Shown here one piece after another: positions 40,719 to 50,781 of a stretch of DNA of 64,000 nt. This DNA is from a bacterium (GTDB taxonomy: Bacteria; Zhuqueibacterota; Zhuqueibacteria; Residuimicrobiales; Residuimicrobiaceae). Positions within the stretch are counted from its first letter, which is position 1, and each line of letters opens with the position of its first letter. A program made the position numbers and the translations under genes. The stretch spans positions 18,130 to 82,129 of the forward strand of contig DAOQAG010000002.1 of the NCBI GenBank assembly GCA_035353815.1, read 5' to 3'. The notes under the pieces are model-generated. The model saw nothing but the letters and a program-made list of their open reading frames with translations. It had not been told where the DNA came from and did no database searches.

Positions 40719-42743
40719 TTACCGTAAAGTCTTGCCAGCCTGCTTTTGGACGCGCGCCAGCAATGCCCGGGCGGGCTCATAAGCGGGGAAACGCCGGCTG
40801 GTCCGTTCCAGCAATTCCACGGCGGCCTCCGGCTTGCCGGAGGCCAGATAGGCGAGGGCCAGCATGTAGGCGTTATCGGCCGCCGTGGCGGGATCTTCCG
40901 GAAAGCGGGCCAGAGCCTCATAATAGCGTATCGCATCGGCAATCCGGCGTTCTTTGAGGCAAATATCTCCGAGCACCCGGGTTGCAACGCGGGTGGGCTC
41001 CACTTGCAGTGATGCCAGGAGCACGGTCTCTGCCTTGGAAAAATTACCGTCGTCATAGTGAATTTTTGCAAGATTGAGATAGGGCACAACCTGGTGTGGC
41101 AGCTGGTTGATGACGGATGCGTACTCCCGCGCTGCCTCTGGCCGCTCGCCGCGCTGCAGATAATAGGCGGCCGCGCGCTCGTGCACCGTGACCCAGCCGA
41201 TCTGGTTATGCACCGCCTGGTCGGCGAGCATGCGCAGGGTGTCTGTGGCGGGCACAGGAGTGACCCTTAATGGTTGGGTGTGGAAAGGCCAGCGCGCGGT
41301 CAGAAATTCGATCTTGCGCGCTGCCATGTACTCATCGACCGGTGTCAGCGGCCGGTTCTGCCAGAGCAGACTGTCGACCCCCGCGTCATCGCGGCCCCAG
41401 CGGCCGGCCGGGGCGAGGAGGCCCTGCCGCTGCATGATGCGGGCGTACTCCCTGGCCATGAGAAACTGCCCGAAAGCCGTGGGATGGAGATGTTCGCTGA
41501 TGAGATTCCGGCCGATCAGGGAATCGGGCGAAGCCGCCCGGAGGAACGCCTCGATATCCGCCATCAGGCACCCCTCCCGTCCGGCCATGGCGCGGATCGC
41601 AGCGTTGAAGCGGCTGTCGGTCCGGAACCGCAGAGCATCCAGATCCCGGGCGCGGCGATACTCGGACTCGGCCTCCCGCGCCCTCCCGGCGCCGTCCAGA
41701 CAGGCCGCGATGCGAAAATGGAGGTCGGCATAGCCGGAATCAAGCGCCGCTGCTGCATGAAATCGCACCAGGGCGGAATCGGCCTGACCCCGGGCCTGCA
41801 AATCACAGCCGCTCTGGTACAGACTCTGAAATGACCGCAGCATCTCCGGCGCCATGCCCGCTGCATGCTCCGAGACAAAGGGTGCCTGCTGGCGCAGGTT
41901 GCAGGCCTGGGTGGAAAAGATGACCGGTATATGCCGGGGCCGGCATGCCGCGGCGAGATCCTCCATGTTCTGTTGAAAAATATCCAGGGCCTGCCGATAC
42001 AGGCGGCTTCCCTGCACCACGGTCCGCCTCCCGGCGACCTGTTCCATCAGCGTGGCCTGGTTGAGTTCCGTTGCGGCCGGCTGGCCGGCCAGGCCGCGCA
42101 GGCGATGAATGACCTCCCGGACCAGTTGAAAGGTGCGCCAATGGACCAGGCGCAGATAGAGGAGGTTAAGGCTGCGCGAGGGCGCCAGGCGCGCGCGCGA
42201 GGCGACCCCGAGCGCGCCATAAAATTCATTGTGCCCGTCATAGACAATGAGGAGATCGGGCTGGTAGCGGAACAGCTCCCGGCCGATATCGAGCACCGTA
42301 TAGCTGTTGGTAGCCGTCATGCCGAGGTTGATCACCTCCACCGGGCGGTCCGGGCAGAGTGCCTTGAGACGGTCGCGCAGAAAAGCCGGAAAGGCTCCGT
42401 TGTACCAGTACGGATAGCCGACGGTCGTCGAGCCGCCGAGGCAAAAGATGCGAAAGGTTCCAGCCGGTTTTTCGGCAGCCAGATACTCCGGTGAAGGATC
42501 CGGGGTAAACGAGGTGCGGCTGAAATAGCGGTCCTTGCAGCCGGGATTAAGGGTATACCAGTCGCGGCCGGCCCAATGTTCCCGGGCAAAGAGGGCCAGG
42601 TCAGGGCCGAAATCGATCGTGCGCAGGAAAAGCTCGATCAAGCCCAGGAAGAGAAAGGGCAAGGCAACGAGCAGCAAGGTGAAGAGCCGTTTTCGCCGGG
42701 GATCGATGGCCCGGAGGGCGGCCTGGCGCTCTTTTTTTTTCAT
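40719..42743 (-). CDS. Membrane-anchored SGNH/GDSL-like hydrolase domain protein with C-terminal TPR repeats
   Basis: An N-terminal TM helix is followed by 'FRIFCLGGSTTVGYPY' (SGNH block I-like) and 'DGHNEFYG' (block III/V-like). The C-terminal about 200 aa are TPR-like helical repeats. Confidence 0.5.
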   Translation of the reverse strand: MKKKERQAALRAIDPRRKRLFTLLLVALPFLFLGLIELFLRTIDFGPDLALFAREHWAGRDWYTLNPGCKDRYFSRTSFTPDPSPEYLAAEKPAGTFRIFCLGGSTTVGYPYWYNGAFPAFLRDRLKALCPDRPVEVINLGMTATNSYTVLDIGRELFRYQPDLLIVYDGHNEFYGALGVASRARLAPSRSLNLLYLRLVHWRTFQLVREVIHRLRGLAGQPAATELNQATLMEQVAGRRTVVQGSRLYRQALDIFQQNMEDLAAACRPRHIPVIFSTQACNLRQQAPFVSEHAAGMAPEMLRSFQSLYQSGCDLQARGQADSALVRFHAAAALDSGYADLHFRIAACLDGAGRAREAESEYRRARDLDALRFRTDSRFNAAIRAMAGREGCLMADIEAFLRAASPDSLIGRNLISEHLHPTAFGQFLMAREYARIMQRQGLLAPAGRWGRDDAGVDSLLWQNRPLTPVDEYMAARKIEFLTARWPFHTQPLRVTPVPATDTLRMLADQAVHNQIGWVTVHERAAAYYLQRGERPEAAREYASVINQLPHQVVPYLNLAKIHYDDGNFSKAETVLLASLQVEPTRVATRVLGDICLKERRIADAIRYYEALARFPEDPATAADNAYMLALAYLASGKPEAAVELLERTSRRFPAYEPARALLARVQKQAGKTLR

Positions 42744-42845
42744 CGTATTCTCCATGAAGGGGATCCGTGCCGGATGCACGGGAAAATATAACGCAATAAA
42801 CCATTCGATTCAATTCCTATTTATCATTTCCTGGAGGTAAGGAAC

Positions 42846-45800
42846 ATGAAACTACCGAACAACCTGCTGGGATGGATTTTGCTGTTGTCGCTCATGCTGG
42901 CGGGTACGCTCTTTTCGGGTACGACCGGCAAGATCGCCGGTACCGTGACCGAAAAGGCGACGGGAGAAACCCTGCCCGGGGCCAACATTCTCGTCAACGG
43001 CACACGCCTGGGTGCAGTGACCGATCTCAGCGGACGGTACACCATTCTTGAGGTCCCGCCCGGGACCTACTCCCTGCAAGTGACCTTCCTGGGGCATCAG
43101 AAGACGATCGTCCATGACGTCCGGGTTTATATTGACCAGACCGCACGCATCGATGTCGCCATGGTCCAGGAAGCGATCGAGATCGGCGATGTGGTAGTGG
43201 TCGCCGAACGGCCGCTGATCAAGCCGGACGTGGCGACCAGTGTCGTGGCGGTTTCCGGCGCGGAGCTCAAGAGCCTGCCGGTCGCCAATGTCACCGACGT
43301 CATGGGCATGCAGGCCGGTATCGACGGCACCAATATCCGCGGGGTCGGCCTCGATGAAGCCCTCTTTATGGTCGATGGTGTGACCATGCGCGATCCACGC
43401 AACAACCAGGCGCTGACCAAGGTCGCTCTGAGCACGGTGCGCGAGATTTCCGTCGAACGCGGCGGATTTAATGCGGAATACGGCCAGGTGCAGTCCGGTA
43501 TCGTCAACGTCGTCACCAATGAAGGCAAGGCCAAGGGTTATTCAGGCAGCCTTAATCTGCGTCTGACACCGCCGACGCGCAAGTATTTCCACGGATCAGA
43601 CATGCCCGATGTCAATTCGACGCAATCCTACTGGCTGCGCCCCTTCTATGACGACGCCGTCTGCTGGACCGGCACTACCAGTGGCGCCTGGGACACCTAC
43701 ACGCAGTCCAAGTATCTCGAGTTCGAGGGCTGGAACGCGGTGTCGCAGCAGCTCTGCACCGACAACGATCCCAGCAACGATCTGACGCCGTTGGCGGCGC
43801 AACGGGTTTTCCAGTATTATACCCGCAAGCGCCAGATCAATGATGAGCCGGATTATGAGATCGATGGCGGCGTCGGCGGTCCGGTGCCGCTGGTTTCGAA
43901 AATGCTGGGCAACCTGCGCTTTTTCGCCTCCTATCGCGGCCAGAAGAGTCTGCTGATCTGGCCGAGCACCCGGCCGGATTATCGGGATTATGATGCCCGC
44001 ATCGTCGTCAATTCCGATATCAGCGATGCCCTCAAGCTGCGCATCTCCGGCCTCTCCGGAAAAATCAGCACCATGGCCGGCAACCGCGCCTCGGAGACCA
44101 CCTACAAGCAGTGGCCTTACGAGCTCGCCGGCACTACCCTCGGCACGGGCGGCTATGCCCTCTTCAATATGTACAGCGACTGGACCTACGGCCTTGCCGA
44201 CCGCACCCACCATGCTCTCTCCGCCAAACTGACCCACATGCTGAACAAATCGACCTATTATGAGGTATCGGCGGAGTATTTCCAGCGCAATTATGATACC
44301 CATTCGCCCTCGATGCGGGATACCTCCAAAACCACCGAGATCATCCCGGGCTACTTTTCCACCGCCACCCCCTATGGCGTGTTTTACGGCATCGACGGCA
44401 TCGTCAGCGGCATCAATGAAGGCAACCAGAACGCTCTCGCCCGCGACAAATCCGATGTCAGCGCGACCACGCTTAAGGCGGACCTGACCAGCCAGGTCAA
44501 TTTCAACAATCTGGTCAAGAGCGGCGTCGAATTCGTCTACAACGACCTCAACCTCAACTATGGCTATATCCGCATGCAAAGCGGCGGCTTGCAATACGAC
44601 AACCAGATCAAGATGCGCGATTTCCCGATCCGGGCTGCCTTTTATCTCCAGGACAAGCTTGAGACCAAGGGCTTCATCCTGAATGCCGGCCTGCGGCTCG
44701 ACTATAGCAACTCGCGCACCGACTGGTGGGCGCTGGATCCCTTCAACGCCCTGTTCTACTCCTATAAATATACGGAAACCGCAGAATTGCCCCTGACCAA
44801 GGCCAAAGGCCAGTGGCAGCTCAGTCCGCGTCTGGGCATCTCCCATCCCATCACCGACCGTTCCAAGCTCTACTTCAACTATGGTCATTTCAAGCAGATG
44901 CCGACCTACGAGTCCCAGTACCGCTTCGACCGTTCTTCCGACAATACCCTGGTTCGTTTTGGCGATCCCAATTTGACCCTGGCCAAGACTATCGCCTACG
45001 AGCTGGGGTACGATCACGATCTCTTTGACGGCCAGATCCTGCTGCAGTTGGCGGCCTTTTACCGCGACATCAGCGACCAGCAGAACACCACCTCCTACCG
45101 CCCGGCCTATGGTACCGCCTACACAGTGACGACGAGCACGGCCTACTCGGATATTCGCGGCTTCGAGTTGACCCTGCGCAAATCGGCGGGACGGTGGTTC
45201 TATGGATTCCTGAATTACACCTACCAGGCGACCTCCAACGGCGCCTTTGGTGAGAATTATGTTTTCGAGGATCCCAAGTCGCAGCAGGATTATGATGAAA
45301 ACACCGTCAATATTTATCAGACGCGCTCGGTGCCCTCTCCGTTCGCGCGCGCCAATCTGACCTTTGCGACCCCGCGGCAGTTTGGGCCGGCCGTGTTCAA
45401 CCATGCGATCTTTGGCGATGTGCTCGCCAACATCCTGCTGCGCTGGAACCAGGGCGGCTGGACGACCTACAATCCCAACAATGCCGGCACGACCAGCTTT
45501 AACAACAACACCAACAACAAGATCCAGAATAATATCCAGTACCTGGATTACTTTGACGCCACGCTGCGGTTGAGCAAGGCCATCCAGATCAACAAGATCA
45601 ATCTGCAGGTTTTTGCTGACATCAACAACCTCTTCAACACCCGGCGCCTCAATAACACCGGTGATCTGAACTACCGCAAGTCCCTGCATCTACCCAAAAG
45701 CGATGCCTATAACAATATTCCCGGTGATGACAAATTCGGCGATTACCGCAAGCCCGGGGTAGCCTGGCAGCCGATGGAGAACGGAGTCGACTTTAACTCG

Positions 45801-46037
45801 ATCCCCTCCTCCAACCGCGCCTGGTATTTCGACAAGTCCTCGGATGCCTACTGGTATTACACCGACAACATCTCGATCCCCGAGATCAAGGATCGCTGGG
45901 CCAAGGTCGAGCAGACCAAGGTGGACCAGGCCATCGAGGACAGGGCCTACATTGATATGCCCAATCCCTCCACTTACTGGTTCCTGAATCCGCGGACCAT
46001 CACCTTCGGCGTTCGTCTCGCCTTCGATATCGATTGA
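42846..46037 (+). CDS. SusC/TonB-dependent-receptor-like outer-membrane protein (CarboxypepD_reg-like N-domain + plug + large beta-barrel)
   Basis: A signal peptide is followed by 'GKIAGTVTEKATGETLPGANILVNGTRLGAVTDLSGRYTILEVPPGTYSLQVTFLGH' (CarboxypepD_reg-like). A plug-like segment ('DGTNIRGVGLDEALFMVDGVTMRD') precedes about 800 aa of alternating beta-strand character. Confidence 0.7.
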   Translation: MKLPNNLLGWILLLSLMLAGTLFSGTTGKIAGTVTEKATGETLPGANILVNGTRLGAVTDLSGRYTILEVPPGTYSLQVTFLGHQKTIVHDVRVYIDQTARIDVAMVQEAIEIGDVVVVAERPLIKPDVATSVVAVSGAELKSLPVANVTDVMGMQAGIDGTNIRGVGLDEALFMVDGVTMRDPRNNQALTKVALSTVREISVERGGFNAEYGQVQSGIVNVVTNEGKAKGYSGSLNLRLTPPTRKYFHGSDMPDVNSTQSYWLRPFYDDAVCWTGTTSGAWDTYTQSKYLEFEGWNAVSQQLCTDNDPSNDLTPLAAQRVFQYYTRKRQINDEPDYEIDGGVGGPVPLVSKMLGNLRFFASYRGQKSLLIWPSTRPDYRDYDARIVVNSDISDALKLRISGLSGKISTMAGNRASETTYKQWPYELAGTTLGTGGYALFNMYSDWTYGLADRTHHALSAKLTHMLNKSTYYEVSAEYFQRNYDTHSPSMRDTSKTTEIIPGYFSTATPYGVFYGIDGIVSGINEGNQNALARDKSDVSATTLKADLTSQVNFNNLVKSGVEFVYNDLNLNYGYIRMQSGGLQYDNQIKMRDFPIRAAFYLQDKLETKGFILNAGLRLDYSNSRTDWWALDPFNALFYSYKYTETAELPLTKAKGQWQLSPRLGISHPITDRSKLYFNYGHFKQMPTYESQYRFDRSSDNTLVRFGDPNLTLAKTIAYELGYDHDLFDGQILLQLAAFYRDISDQQNTTSYRPAYGTAYTVTTSTAYSDIRGFELTLRKSAGRWFYGFLNYTYQATSNGAFGENYVFEDPKSQQDYDENTVNIYQTRSVPSPFARANLTFATPRQFGPAVFNHAIFGDVLANILLRWNQGGWTTYNPNNAGTTSFNNNTNNKIQNNIQYLDYFDATLRLSKAIQINKINLQVFADINNLFNTRRLNNTGDLNYRKSLHLPKSDAYNNIPGDDKFGDYRKPGVAWQPMENGVDFNSIPSSNRAWYFDKSSDAYWYYTDNISIPEIKDRWAKVEQTKVDQAIEDRAYIDMPNPSTYWFLNPRTITFGVRLAFDID

Positions 46038-46072
46038 TGGCCGGCCACCAACCTAACGAATGGGAATGCACG

Positions 46073-48346
46073 ATGAATAAAAAGAAAACCAGACTTTTGC
46101 CCCTGCTGCTGGCATTCTGCGCCCTGCTGCTGGCCGGCAGCCTGAATACGACCGCTGCCCAGGATCTCGAGTGGATCCGCGTGGGCCAGCTCCAGTGCTT
46201 TTTTATGGATTTCGGCAACGAGTGCGAACTCTATCCCTTCACGACGACCAATTTTCTCGCCTGGCCCGCCCAGTACGGCGACGACCAGTACGCCACCCGC
46301 GCCAAGTCGGTCTGGATGGGGGCCACTGATTTTTACGATCCGGTCGAGAAAAAAACCAAATCGGTCAAGGTCATCGGCTCCGGGCCGCGCTACGATACCG
46401 ACAACCAGGCGTCGATGATCTTTTCAACCAGCATCAAACTGATCGGCCGCGAGGAACCTCCCAAGGTGATCGTCGACAACCAGAGCGGCTCCTCCAACAG
46501 CCTTTATGATGTCCTGGATGAGGTTGATCCCAACCTCCCCAGCGACCGCATGGTCGTCATCCGCTATAATACCTCCATGGGCGTCTCGGTCACCAAAAAG
46601 GTGCTCGGCTTCGTCCAGCAAAACCACGACAGCTATTTCATCCACGACTATATATTCAAGAATACCGGCATCTATAATACCAAGGGTGAGATCAACACCC
46701 AGACGCTCAAGAACTTTTGGGTCTATTTCGGTTACCGCTATGCTATGAACGGGGTCTGCTCGAACGGCTACAGCTCGGCCTGGGGCGATTTCGGCATGGA
46801 ATGGGGCTCCAGCACGGTGGCCCACGACTTCGGTCCCCCCTATCGCTCCCGCCCTGACAGCCTGCGCGGCTTCTATGCCTTTTACAGCCCCCTCAAGGGA
46901 AGCTATGGCACGCGCAACGCCGTCACCAGCCTCGGTTACGACTATGATTGGGGTTGCCCGAAGCAGACCGGAGGCGGCCCGAATCTCGATGGGCTGCTGG
47001 GCGCGGCCAAATTCGCCGGCTGCGTCACCTTGCTCGCCTCCAAGGGTCCCGGCGCCCTGTTCAACGTCGACGATTACGGTCAGCCCGCCACGGTGAACTA
47101 TTTCAACGCGGATGGCTCCACAACGACCAATCCGCAGAGCCAGTATGATGAAACGGCGATGAAATTGCGCTGGACCGTTATGACCGAGGGCCATCTGCAA
47201 AAATCGCTTTGGGAAGCCGTCGGCGACGGCCGCTATTATGCGGACTGGCTGAACACCGATCCGCTCCATCCCTCGGGCGGCATGTACGGCCAGGGCTATG
47301 GCCCCTATACCCTCGCCCCCGGCGACAGCATCCACATCATTTTTGCTGAGGGCATGAACGGCCTGAGCTGGGAGAAATGCCGCGAGGTGGGCGCCAACTG
47401 GTATCAGTACTTCGCCGGTACCGGCACCCCCACCCTGGTCAAACCGAACGGCGCAACCACCTCGAGCGTCTCGGAATACCAGAAGGCCTGGGTCTTTTCG
47501 GGTGTCGATTCCACCCTGCAGACCTACAAAAACGCCCGCGCCAATTTCCGTTCCGGCTATAACATCCCCCAGCCGCCGCCGGCGCCGGCCGCTTTCACCG
47601 TCGCCTCGGGTGGCGACGCCATCAGCCTGACCTGGGCCGACAACGCCGACAAGACCCCGCATTTCAACGGCTATGTGATCTACCGTTCGGAAGGGCTGGT
47701 CAAGGATTACCGCGCGGTGTATGAAAAGATCTTTGAATGCAGTGCCGCTGACGTCGTGCACAGCTATGATGACACCTCGGCAACGCGCGGATTTAACTAT
47801 TATTACTATATCCAGTCCAAGGATGACGGGACGCAGAACGACGTCAAACCGGGCGTTCCCCTCTACAGCAGCCGCTTTCTGACGATGACCTCGGTGGCGG
47901 CCAACCTCCTCCGCCCCGCTGGCGATCTGCTCGCTGAAGTACGCGTCGTCCCGAATCCCTACGATATCCGCTCCCGCAAGTGGCAGTTCGGCGAAGTCGG
48001 CCCTTATGACCGGATCATGTTCTATGGCATACCGCCCAAATGCAAGCTGAAAATCTTCACCGACGATGGCACCCTGATCTGGGAGACCCAGCACACCAAT
48101 GGCTCCGGCGACGAGCCCTGGGACTCCAAGACCTCCTCGAACCAGATCGTCGTCAGCGGCATTTATATTCTCTATGTCGAGGTGACCGAGGATATTTACG
48201 CAACCGACGACCGCGTCGCGCGCTATGACATCACCGATGAAAACCTCAAGACGATCTACAAGCAGGGCGACGTGATCTACCAGAAGGGGGACAAGATCTT
48301 CAGCGCCGGGCAATCGACCTTCCGCAAGTTCGTCATTATTCGATAA
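46073..48346 (+). CDS. Secreted hypothetical protein (757 aa) with FN3-like segment and internal T9SS-CTD/FlgD-Ig-like module
   Basis: Signal peptide 'MNKKKTRLLPLLLAFCALLLAGSLNTTAAQ', no catalytic motifs. The start overlaps the upstream stop region. Confidence 0.45.
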   Translation: MNKKKTRLLPLLLAFCALLLAGSLNTTAAQDLEWIRVGQLQCFFMDFGNECELYPFTTTNFLAWPAQYGDDQYATRAKSVWMGATDFYDPVEKKTKSVKVIGSGPRYDTDNQASMIFSTSIKLIGREEPPKVIVDNQSGSSNSLYDVLDEVDPNLPSDRMVVIRYNTSMGVSVTKKVLGFVQQNHDSYFIHDYIFKNTGIYNTKGEINTQTLKNFWVYFGYRYAMNGVCSNGYSSAWGDFGMEWGSSTVAHDFGPPYRSRPDSLRGFYAFYSPLKGSYGTRNAVTSLGYDYDWGCPKQTGGGPNLDGLLGAAKFAGCVTLLASKGPGALFNVDDYGQPATVNYFNADGSTTTNPQSQYDETAMKLRWTVMTEGHLQKSLWEAVGDGRYYADWLNTDPLHPSGGMYGQGYGPYTLAPGDSIHIIFAEGMNGLSWEKCREVGANWYQYFAGTGTPTLVKPNGATTSSVSEYQKAWVFSGVDSTLQTYKNARANFRSGYNIPQPPPAPAAFTVASGGDAISLTWADNADKTPHFNGYVIYRSEGLVKDYRAVYEKIFECSAADVVHSYDDTSATRGFNYYYYIQSKDDGTQNDVKPGVPLYSSRFLTMTSVAANLLRPAGDLLAEVRVVPNPYDIRSRKWQFGEVGPYDRIMFYGIPPKCKLKIFTDDGTLIWETQHTNGSGDEPWDSKTSSNQIVVSGIYILYVEVTEDIYATDDRVARYDITDENLKTIYKQGDVIYQKGDKIFSAGQSTFRKFVIIR

Positions 48347-48359
48347 AGGGAGCAGATAG

Positions 48360-49424
48360 ATGAAGAAAATAACCGCACTCCTCCTGTTCGGGATTTCCCT
48401 GGTCCTGCTCTCCTCCACCGGTGGAAATGCCCAGGACAATCAGAAACTGGCGCAAACCAGTTTCAAATTCCTGAGTGTCGTCTCCGACGCCCAGGGAGCC
48501 GCCATGGCCGGGGCGATGACCAGCCTGCCCATGAACTCCAGTGCTCTCTTTTTCAACCCGGCGGGGATGGCGAACATGGAAAAACGCGCCGACCTCTCGC
48601 TCAGCAATAACGAATGGATCGCCGACATCCGGCATTATACCGTGGGCCTGGCCCTCAATCCCGCCCAGGGCAAATACGGCGTCTTTGGCATGAGCCTGCA
48701 ATATGCCGATTTCGGCAGCTTCATCGGCACCATCGTCAGCAAGGACCCGGGCAATCTCAAGGGATACGAGGAAACGGGCCTCTTTGATCTCAACGCCTAT
48801 GCCGTGGGCATCGGCTACGCCAAGGCCCTGACCGACCGTTTCAGCGTCGGCGGGCAGGTGCGGCTGGCCCATCAGGATCTGGGCGACAGCAGGATCCCCA
48901 ATGAATCGAAAAATATCCCGATTTACAATGATTCGACCCATGCCATCATCGGCTATGAGGATTCGACAGCCACCGGCACCAATCGCCTCAATCCCCTGGT
49001 CTTTGACTTTGGCACCCAGTTCAAGACGGGCGTCAAGAGCCTGGTCTTCGGCATGTCGGTGCGCAACTTCTCCAAGGAAATCCAGTACGTCTATGAGCAG
49101 TTCCAGCTGCCCCTGGTCTTCACCATTGGCATCTCGATGAACCTCATGGATCTTTTCAGGGAGGTCCCCTATCATCAGACCCTGGTGATGAGCGTTGACG
49201 CCAGCCACTATCGCGACCATCCCGAGCAGGTGAAGGTGGGCCTGGATTACCGGATCATGAATACATTCGCCTTGCGCGGCGGATATGTCTCCGCCAGCGA
49301 TGAGAACAGCGGCTTTTCGTTCGGACTCGGCGTCTACAAGGCCGGCTTTGCCTTCGATTACGCCTATACCCCCTACGGGGTCTTCGATAAAGTCCAGCGC
49401 ATGACCGCCCGGATCTCACTGTAA
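48360..49424 (+). CDS. FadL/OMPP1- or PorV-like outer-membrane beta-barrel protein
   Basis: A signal peptide is followed by the N-terminal hatch motif 'DAQGAAMAGAMTSLPMNSSALFFNPAGMA' (G...A...NPAG), characteristic of the FadL/PorV superfamily. Strand periodicity is alternating, and the C-terminus 'TARISL' is aromatic-poor. Confidence 0.5.
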   Translation: MKKITALLLFGISLVLLSSTGGNAQDNQKLAQTSFKFLSVVSDAQGAAMAGAMTSLPMNSSALFFNPAGMANMEKRADLSLSNNEWIADIRHYTVGLALNPAQGKYGVFGMSLQYADFGSFIGTIVSKDPGNLKGYEETGLFDLNAYAVGIGYAKALTDRFSVGGQVRLAHQDLGDSRIPNESKNIPIYNDSTHAIIGYEDSTATGTNRLNPLVFDFGTQFKTGVKSLVFGMSVRNFSKEIQYVYEQFQLPLVFTIGISMNLMDLFREVPYHQTLVMSVDASHYRDHPEQVKVGLDYRIMNTFALRGGYVSASDENSGFSFGLGVYKAGFAFDYAYTPYGVFDKVQRMTARISL

Positions 49425-49444
49425 ACAAGGCCAAGGAGATTACC

Positions 49445-50701
49445 ATGATGAAACCTCGCACCATTTTGCATTTTGTGACCCTCCTGCTGGCGGCAACAGG
49501 GCTGTTCATGGCCGGATGCGAATTCGATGTGGCCGAACCCAAGTGGGAGGAACCGGCGCCCAGCACGGCTGCCGTCACGATCTCCGCCATCGACCCGGCC
49601 GCCGCTGTCGCGGGCGTGAACTATATCACCATCCATGGCGCCAACTTCACCGGGGCGATCGACACCCTGACCATCCAAAGCTCGGACAAGGACACCAGCT
49701 ACCGCTATCTTTATAATGGCGTCTTCTTTGACGATGTCAAGGCCGATGTCGTAGAATACTCGGATACCTTCATCAAGGTGCGCCGGCCCAAACTGGCCAC
49801 CGAGGCCTGTCAGGTCAAGGTCGTCTCCAACAAGGCCCTGCTGACCGCCCAATATGCCCAGCCCTACCGCATCGACGGGGTGGTCGGCCGCGTCGGCATG
49901 TTTAACGAAGACCTGCCCCTGGCCGTGACCGCGGTCGACGCCAATGAAAATCTCTACGTCGTCGAGACCAACACCCGCTACATCCAGAAAATCACCCCGG
50001 GCGGCGACAAGAGCAATACCGGCACCGCCCTGCGCGTGCCGTACGATGCCAGCATCGGCCCGGATGGCAACCTCTATCTGGCTGGCAACAACCGTGCGAT
50101 CGACCGTCTGGATGTAGCCACCGGCACGGTCGCCCGCTGGGTCAACCTCCCCTCAGGAAAAGTCGTCAGGTTTCTCGATTTCGACGCCAGCGGCTATTGC
50201 TTCTCAGGCGGCACCCGTACCGACCTGGTGGTGACTCCCTTCGATCTGGCCACCACGTCGATCTCGGCCGGCTTTTATGCCACCCAGGAGATTCTCGCCA
50301 TCCGCTGCTATAATGGCGCTGTATACGTCGCCGTCCGCGCGACGGCCGCAGATCCGGTCAAGATCTTCCGCCATGCCATCGGCGACAAGGGCAGCGTCGG
50401 CGTGCAGGAACTGGTGGTCGATCTCTCCACCGCCAGCGCATCTGCTGGCCGTACCCTCAAGGCGATCTCTTTCGCCGCGGACGGCACCCTGCTGCTGGCA
50501 ACGGATGCCGTTGACCCGCTGCTGAGCTACTCTCCGGCTACGGGCAAGATGGACTTTTACTATAAAGGGATTCTCAATCCCTACTGCAAGCACCTGGCGT
50601 GGGGCACCGGAAACTACCTCTATATGATTTGCGGGGATGATACCGCGGGGGAGGAGTGGACGGTGTACAAGGTTGATATGGGGATGGCCGCCGGCCGGTG
50701 A
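49445..50701 (+). CDS. Lipoprotein with IPT/TIG domain and NHL-type beta-propeller repeats
   Basis: Lipobox 'LFMAGC'. An IPT/TIG-like segment 'AVTISAIDPAAAVAGVNYITIHGANFTG' is followed by repeated 'NLYVVETN'/'GPDGNLYLAGNN' propeller-like blades. Confidence 0.5.
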   Translation: MMKPRTILHFVTLLLAATGLFMAGCEFDVAEPKWEEPAPSTAAVTISAIDPAAAVAGVNYITIHGANFTGAIDTLTIQSSDKDTSYRYLYNGVFFDDVKADVVEYSDTFIKVRRPKLATEACQVKVVSNKALLTAQYAQPYRIDGVVGRVGMFNEDLPLAVTAVDANENLYVVETNTRYIQKITPGGDKSNTGTALRVPYDASIGPDGNLYLAGNNRAIDRLDVATGTVARWVNLPSGKVVRFLDFDASGYCFSGGTRTDLVVTPFDLATTSISAGFYATQEILAIRCYNGAVYVAVRATAADPVKIFRHAIGDKGSVGVQELVVDLSTASASAGRTLKAISFAADGTLLLATDAVDPLLSYSPATGKMDFYYKGILNPYCKHLAWGTGNYLYMICGDDTAGEEWTVYKVDMGMAAGR

Positions 50702-50781
50702 GCCTCCCGCTACAACCCAGCCAAGGCCTGTGGTTCCCCCACAGGCCTTTTTGTTGAACATCGACTTTATGAGGATCATGC

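Noticed and set aside
39566-41089. 507-aa minus-strand ORF antisense to the duplicated T9SS cargo gene
   Set aside because: An artefact. It also inherits the internal repeat in antisense.
43596-48439. 697- and 671-aa minus-strand ORFs antisense to the outer-membrane operon
   Set aside because: Shadow ORFs of GC-rich coding sequence. The plus strand has signal peptides and beta-barrel periodicity.
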